Virus record (IMG/VR): IMGVR_UViG_3300037510_000012
Coordinates: 1 to 21,266 of that record
DNA: 21,266 nucleotides
Source of the DNA: a virus
Taxonomy: Duplodnaviria > Heunggongvirae > Uroviricota > Caudoviricetes
Strand: one strand, 5' to 3'
A program made the translations under genes and the position numbers. Shown piece by piece: positions 17,025 to 21,266 of the stretch; position 1 is the first letter of the stretch; every line of letters begins with the position of its first letter. The notes below the pieces were generated by a model. It was not told where the DNA came from and did no database searches. It saw only the letters and a list, made by a program, of their open reading frames with translations.

Positions 17025-17036
17025 TTGCCCTTTGAA
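17013..17036 (+). terminator. Hairpin at the phosphoesterase stop codon, possible terminator or operator
   Basis: TTCAAGGGC-TGATT-GCCCT(T)TGAA forms a 9-bp stem with a 1-nt bulge. The stop codon is in the loop and the hairpin overlaps the next -35 box. Confidence 0.4.
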
Positions 17037-17054
17037 CATGTGCTCTGCTATAAT
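17025..17054 (+). promoter_or_regulatory. Extended -10 sigma70-like promoter upstream of the holin-like gene
   Basis: TTGCCC (17025-17030), 18-bp spacer, TGc-TATAAT (TG 17046-17047; -10 at 17049-17054). Strong SD AAGGAGGT at 17075-17082. Confidence 0.72.
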
Positions 17055-17091
17055 ATGAGCATAAGATAAAAGTGAAGGAGGTATAACCTAT

Positions 17092-17436
17092 ATGGCTTAT
17101 GCCAAGTCTCTACTAGCAGTTCTCGTAACCGTAATCACTGCGGTTGTCGCTGCTCTTACTGACAACACTGTTTCCACCGTAGAGTGGATTAACGTGGCCA
17201 TTGCTGGTGTTGGTGCTGCTGCTGTATTTGCTGCGCCTAACGTTCCTGGCTCACGTTACACAAAGGCTGTTCTTGCAGTTCTTACCGCAGTTCTTACGTT
17301 CATCGTAACGATTGTAACTGATGGTATTAGCACTGCTGAATGGCTCCAGGTTCTTGTTATTGCTGCTGGTGCTATCGGCGTTTACGCAGTTCCTAACAAG
17401 CCTACGACCACGATTGGTCAGCCTGGTGTACTGTAA
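17092..17436 (+). CDS. Holin-like membrane protein with four TM segments and an internal duplication, 114 aa
   Basis: Almost fully hydrophobic. Two ~54-aa repeats (YAKSLLAVL...STVEWINV...VFAAPN / YTKAVLAVL...STAEWLQV...VYAVPN), each with two TM helices. Strong SD. Confidence 0.7.
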   Translation: MAYAKSLLAVLVTVITAVVAALTDNTVSTVEWINVAIAGVGAAAVFAAPNVPGSRYTKAVLAVLTAVLTFIVTIVTDGISTAEWLQVLVIAAGAIGVYAVPNKPTTTIGQPGVL

Positions 17437-17617
17437 TAAGTGTAACGGTCGAGTAATGTTCGACCGAGTGTTTTCAGAAAAGAAGCATGTAGAATTGTTT
17501 TGCATCATCTGCGGTAAGCGATGGATGCTTGATAAGACAAAGAATAGGTTTGCAGCATGGCTATGGAAAACAGAACAAAGCCACGCCACAGCCGCAAGCG
17601 ACGCAAGGCCCGTCTAA
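17426..17617 (+). CDS. Small Zn-ribbon protein, 63 aa
   Basis: GTG at 17426 overlapping the holin-like stop. MYCNKC...LFCIICGKRW gives two CxxC pairs. The ORF-track start at 17321 lies inside the holin-like gene and is unlikely. Confidence 0.75.
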   Translation: MYCNKCNGRVMFDRVFSEKKHVELFCIICGKRWMLDKTKNRFAAWLWKTEQSHATAASDARPV

Positions 17618-18096
17618 GGTATTTTTACCTAAACGGTGACCTGCACAAAGTCCTCAGTGTTAATCGACCTGAGGACTTTGCTGTTTGTTGGAATTTTCCA
17701 CAAGGCAAGCGGGTTGGATATGTTTGGTCTGATGTTCGCAAGCGAGCAGAAAAGGCATTCACAATGAAGCAAGTTGGTGCTATGCTTGGTAGACACAGAG
17801 TAAACATTGAGCGTGATATTCTGGCGGGTAACATTAAGGCCCCTCAGAGGAGTTACACTCTAGACGGTAAGAAGAGATTGCTGTACTATTTCTTCTCCGA
17901 AGAAAATGTGTTTGATTTGCACAGTTATCTACTATCAGTTCACATTGGTAGGCCACGCAAGGACGGAAAGATTGTCCCAAGGCAGAGTCTACCATCCAAG
18001 GCGGAATTGAAAGCGATGATGAAGCATGATATTGTTACATACGTTAAGACCGAAGACGGAGAATTCGTTCCGGTTTGGAAGGAGCAGGATTGGTAA
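17557..18096 (+). CDS. DNA-binding protein with a MerR/excisionase-like winged HTH, 179 aa
   Basis: Basic N-terminus. FTMKQVGAMLGRHRVNIERDILAGNIKAP...YYFFSEENVFDL (~17755-17925) fits the MerR-type HTH-wing pattern. The start could also be ATG 17563. Confidence 0.7.
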   Translation: MAMENRTKPRHSRKRRKARLRYFYLNGDLHKVLSVNRPEDFAVCWNFPQGKRVGYVWSDVRKRAEKAFTMKQVGAMLGRHRVNIERDILAGNIKAPQRSYTLDGKKRLLYYFFSEENVFDLHSYLLSVHIGRPRKDGKIVPRQSLPSKAELKAMMKHDIVTYVKTEDGEFVPVWKEQDW

Positions 18097-18389
18097 AGGT
18101 AAAGCCTGTCACATATGAGCCCATTAGCGATGAGCTGAATGGCAGTGTGGCACTATTGCAGGCTGCCTCCGCACTTGACGCGGCGGTGTTTCTTGCTGTA
18201 GAGTCAAAGAATGTTGAAAAGTTGATGGATGCTGTAGCCATGTGGATTGGACTGGCTGAGCGTCTAGGCATCGAACTAGAAGATGAGGATTGTTCTGACG
18301 TAAAGGACAAGCCCTTCTTTGGGTTTAGTGGTGCAGATATGTCTAAGATTGATGAACCAACGAAGGAGGTTATCGCTGAAGATGCATGA
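18090..18389 (+). CDS. Hypothetical protein, 99 aa
   Basis: AAGGAG at 18079-18084 favours TTG 18090, which overlaps the upstream stop. Helical N-half and acidic C-half. Confidence 0.65.
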   Translation: MVKVKPVTYEPISDELNGSVALLQAASALDAAVFLAVESKNVEKLMDAVAMWIGLAERLGIELEDEDCSDVKDKPFFGFSGADMSKIDEPTKEVIAEDA

Positions 18390-18612
18390 AGTTGAGACCG
18401 AAAAGACTCCTAATGGCCACCGAGTGAAGGTGAGTCTAGGGTATACTCGTAATATGGGTAATTTCGAATCTCTGCGTGTCGATATCGGGCTTGAGCTTGA
18501 TGGCGCAGGGAATCCCAACCCTACCTTTGATAAGGCTTATGGTTGGGCAGAGGGTAAGTTGCTTGAAAAGGTTGACGAAGTAGAGCAGCAGATTAAGGCA
18601 ATTAAGGAGTAG
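18382..18612 (+). CDS. Hypothetical protein, 76 aa
   Basis: AAGGAGGT at 18363-18370 favours ATG 18382 (MHEVETEK...RVKVSLGYTRNMGNFESLRVDIG). It overlaps the upstream stop. Confidence 0.7.
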   Translation: MHEVETEKTPNGHRVKVSLGYTRNMGNFESLRVDIGLELDGAGNPNPTFDKAYGWAEGKLLEKVDEVEQQIKAIKE

Positions 18613-18614
18613 AA

Positions 18615-18959
18615 TTGGCCTCTAAGAATGTGGTAGCGCAGAATGCTAATGCTCTGATTACTCTTTATATCCAGTGTTTTACCGAAAAGTATTCTCGGAA
18701 GCCTAACATCAATCGCTATCGCGTTAAGTGGGGCTTTCAGGATATGGTGGAAGACCTTGGTTATCAGCGCTGTAGAGAAGTAGTTGAATACTACTTCAAG
18801 ACTGGTCGCCAAGGCCACCAGGTAGATTTTCTCTTGATGAACTACGAGAAGATTTCGGAAGTTTACGAAGAGAAGCAGGAAGACGAACGTAAGAGAGCAG
18901 AACTGCGAAAGCAGACTGAAGAACGAGTAAAGGAGCTGGAATCTAAGAGTGACGGCTGA
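18615..18959 (+). CDS. Hypothetical helical protein preceding the helicase, 114 aa
   Basis: TTG start with AAGGAG at 18604-18609. Charged coiled-coil C-terminus. It overlaps the helicase start by 11 nt. Confidence 0.75.
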   Translation: MASKNVVAQNANALITLYIQCFTEKYSRKPNINRYRVKWGFQDMVEDLGYQRCREVVEYYFKTGRQGHQVDFLLMNYEKISEVYEEKQEDERKRAELRKQTEERVKELESKSDG

Positions 18960-20166
18960 ACTTAAGGTAATTAATGCAGTCTGCAAGAACAAGGACATTG
19001 GTGTTCTGTTCGCAGACAATGTAGATGAACTGTTCGATGCATATGGTGATGTTTGGAAGAGCATCAAGACGCATTACGAAAAGTACAAGTCCGTTCCTGA
19101 ACTGAGTGTTCTTCAGGAGCGATTCGATGACTTGGAAGACCTTGGAATCAAGGGAGAAACCGAATACTATCTCGATGAGCTTAAGACCGACTATATGAAT
19201 GCTCGGATTAAGCAAATTGTCACAAAGGCTGGTGCTGCCATTCAGGCAGGCGAGGCTCCAGGACGAATCATCGATAAGACCAACACTGCTCTTGCAAAGT
19301 TGGGGAGGTTTGCTAACAACGTCCGAGATGTTGATGTTACAGATTTCGCGGCGGCGGAGCAGCATTTTGCAAACGTTCGTGAGCGTAGTAGCGCTACCGG
19401 TAGCCCTGGTATCCCTACGTCGTTCAAGTCTATCGACTCCGTATATCCTACAGGAATGGCACCTGGTCACCTCATCGTGGCTATTGGTTGGCCTGGTAAG
19501 GGTAAGACGTGGTTCACTTCCTATCTTGCCTGTAAGGCATGGGAACAGGGCTTCAAGCCTATGATTGTTTCTCTGGAAATGTCTCCAGAGAATATGCGTG
19601 ACCGTATTTACACCATGATGGGTTCTGGTCTATTCCGCGCTTCTGACTTTGCTAAGGGTGACGTCAACATTGACGACTTCCATGCATGGGGCAAGCGTCG
19701 GTTTGATAACAAGGGCGGATTTGTGGTAGTATCAAATGAGGGACTTAATGATGTAACTCCCAATACGGTTCAGGGTAAGATTGACCAGCACAAGCCGGAC
19801 CTGGTAATCTGTGATTACCACCAGCTATTCCAGTGCAACTCAAGGTCGAATAGCCCTACCGAGCGTGGTATGGCGGTTTCACGAGAGTTCAAGATGCTCG
19901 CTGTTACCAACAATATCCCGCTGATTGATATTACGGCTGCAACTCAGTCTGACCTTTCCGACCGCGACAACCCTCCGATGATGAGTCAGGTTGCTTGGTC
20001 TAAGGCTATTGAGTACGATGCTGACATGGCGTTTGCGGTTCACCGTAATGAGGAATCAAACCTCGTTGAGATTGTGTGCCGAAAGAACCGACACGGAAGT
20101 CTTTTCGACTTCTACCTAGACTGGGATATTGACCGTGGTATCGTAAACGAGAAGTTCACACTTTGA
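18949..20166 (+). CDS. dnaB: DnaB-like replicative DNA helicase, 405 aa
   Basis: Walker A GWPGKGKT, SLEM, Walker B LVICDYHQL, IEYDADM and the KNRHG arginine-finger region. The GTG is the first start codon after an in-frame TAA at 18928. Confidence 0.93.
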   Translation: MTAELKVINAVCKNKDIGVLFADNVDELFDAYGDVWKSIKTHYEKYKSVPELSVLQERFDDLEDLGIKGETEYYLDELKTDYMNARIKQIVTKAGAAIQAGEAPGRIIDKTNTALAKLGRFANNVRDVDVTDFAAAEQHFANVRERSSATGSPGIPTSFKSIDSVYPTGMAPGHLIVAIGWPGKGKTWFTSYLACKAWEQGFKPMIVSLEMSPENMRDRIYTMMGSGLFRASDFAKGDVNIDDFHAWGKRRFDNKGGFVVVSNEGLNDVTPNTVQGKIDQHKPDLVICDYHQLFQCNSRSNSPTERGMAVSREFKMLAVTNNIPLIDITAATQSDLSDRDNPPMMSQVAWSKAIEYDADMAFAVHRNEESNLVEIVCRKNRHGSLFDFYLDWDIDRGIVNEKFTL

Positions 20167-20169
20167 TAC

Positions 20170-20490
20170 ATGCACAAGACGATTAAGAGGTTCGGATTCG
20201 AGGGCAAAATTGGCGACGATGCTGATTTTGCCCGTCTCCGTTCCCAATACGAAAGTATGATAGTAAGGGAAATGAGAGAGTGTGGCTATGTGCCGGTACT
20301 CGACCTAGGCCCTTATTGGTCAACATCTTATATTCAGGCAGAGACAGCTTATGACTTTGTCCTGTCAGTCTATGGAGTTTACGTCGGAAGGAGGCGTTCA
20401 TGGGAGGTAGAGGGAATTTCGAATGGGAGCGAGATAGGGAGACCTACACCCCCAACCAAGTCGAAGCCACCCTCCGAGCCTGCGGAGTAG
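20170..20490 (+). CDS. Hypothetical protein between helicase and primase, 106 aa
   Basis: ATG 3 nt after the helicase stop, with phage-like codon usage. The last 91 nt overlap the primase start. Confidence 0.7.
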   Translation: MHKTIKRFGFEGKIGDDADFARLRSQYESMIVREMRECGYVPVLDLGPYWSTSYIQAETAYDFVLSVYGVYVGRRRSWEVEGISNGSEIGRPTPPTKSKPPSEPAE

Positions 20491-21266
20491 ATGTTGAGGG
20501 AGAAACACACAATGACTTTCTGTGTTTCTGTCCTTTTCATGGAAATAGATTTAGCCCATCATTCAGTGTTTCGAAAACTAACGGAGCATTCATTTGCTTC
20601 AATCACTCATGTGGAATGACCGGAACACTAATTGAACTTGTTAAGAAGATTCCAAAGAGAGACGGAACATTTCGCAATGAGTTTGCAGCACGCAGGCTGA
20701 TTATTAAGAAGGGTAGCGAGACAGAGCAGGCATTTACGGAGCAGCTAGAAAAGCTGCTAGAGCCTGTGACGGAGTTTCCTGAGTTCCCGCAGCATACTCT
20801 CGACCGAATGTATGATGACTTCTGGCAAAACCCCGAAGCTATCCGCTACATGGTAGAAGAGCGCGGGTTTGATGAGGAAACGCTAGAGTTTTTCCGCATT
20901 GGATTCTCAGCAAAGAAGGATATCATTGCTGTACCAATGCACACGATTAAGGGTGTTCCTGTAGGAGTCATTGGCAGACCAGCCGACAAGGAGAATAAGT
21001 TTTTCAAGAATTCTCAAGGTCTGCCAACAAGTAAGACTCTATGGAACATTCATAGGGCTAGGAAGCATGGTGAGGTTGTCATCGTGTGTGAGGCATCGTT
21101 CGATGCTATGAGGATTCATCAGGCGGGATTTCCGAATGTGGTTGCCTGTCTAGGTGGAAACTTCAGCCCATACCACTTTGAGCAGTTGAATCGGCACTTC
21201 AGTCGTGTTATCATTATGACTGACTTTGACAAGAAGGAAAAGCACATCTACAAGAATTGTAGGAAG
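20400..21266 (+). CDS. dnaG: DnaG-like DNA primase, 3'-truncated (not in the ORF track)
   Basis: I translated it from ATG 20400 (AAGGAGG at 20388-20394) and it is open for 289 codons to the window end. It has the Zn finger CPFHGN...SFSVS...FICFNHSCG, YMVEERGF, and TOPRIM VIVCEASFDAM...VVACLGG...IIMTDFD. Confidence 0.92.
   Translation, partial: MGGRGNFEWERDRETYTPNQVEATLRACGVDVEGETHNDFLCFCPFHGNRFSPSFSVSKTNGAFICFNHSCGMTGTLIELVKKIPKRDGTFRNEFAARRLIIKKGSETEQAFTEQLEKLLEPVTEFPEFPQHTLDRMYDDFWQNPEAIRYMVEERGFDEETLEFFRIGFSAKKDIIAVPMHTIKGVPVGVIGRPADKENKFFKNSQGLPTSKTLWNIHRARKHGEVVIVCEASFDAMRIHQAGFPNVVACLGGNFSPYHFEQLNRHFSRVIIMTDFDKKEKHIYKNCRK

Larger units (their letters stand above)
2593..20868 (+). repeat. 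Dispersed, strand-polarised motif GCGGGT (often CGGCGGGT or GCGCGGGT), 20 copies
   Basis: Manual scan starts: 2593, 3385, 4360, 5075, 5945, 6517, 6635, 7901, 8504, 9751, 10210, 11050, 11302, 12256, 13996, 15274, 15962, 17709, 17824, 20863. Only one reverse-strand copy was seen (ACCCGC at 11488). Confidence 0.75.

Noticed and set aside
18943-19470. 175-aa minus-strand ORF and the other minus-strand ORFs in the track
   Set aside because: They lie antisense to well-supported genes, have no SD or recognisable motif, and show the composition expected of shadow frames.
18949-20166. Intein or intron in the helicase
   Set aside because: The 405-aa length and motif spacing are normal, with no C/S...HN splice motifs or LAGLIDADG segment.
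1-21266. CRISPR array, rRNA, tRNA, integrase or IS element
   Set aside because: No regularly spaced direct repeats, structural RNA signatures, or recombinase/transposase motifs were seen. The window is almost fully protein-coding.

Overview
This window is a co-oriented (+ strand), densely packed segment of a large tailed-phage (siphovirus-like) genome. By eye it is about 45-47% GC. The host is most plausibly an actinobacterium such as Streptomyces. That is an inference from the actinobacterial-type lysozyme-like motif, an HrdB-type TAGAGT -10 box, a leaderless gene, apparent TTA avoidance, and gene order resembling large Streptomyces siphoviruses. From 5' to 3' the window holds: the C-terminal part of a tape measure protein carrying a lysozyme-like domain and an M23 peptidase; a small distal-tail-like protein; a 1062-aa tail hub; a separately promoted three-gene fibre module ending in a 2019-aa FN3/CBM-rich fibre; three small tail-associated ORFs; a short HNH endonuclease; a calcineurin-like metallophosphoesterase; a 4-TM holin-like protein; a Zn-ribbon protein; a MerR-like HTH protein; three unknown ORFs; a DnaB-like helicase; another unknown ORF; and the 5' part of a DnaG-like primase that the ORF track missed. 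Four sigma70/HrdB-like promoters are visible, each overlapping a dyad. The strongest unexplained signals are a strand-polarised GCGGGT motif (20 on + versus 1 on - by manual count), complete absence of GATC, and a possible FN3 domain split between two genes. All counts are manual and all domain calls are motif-based, with no database searches run.
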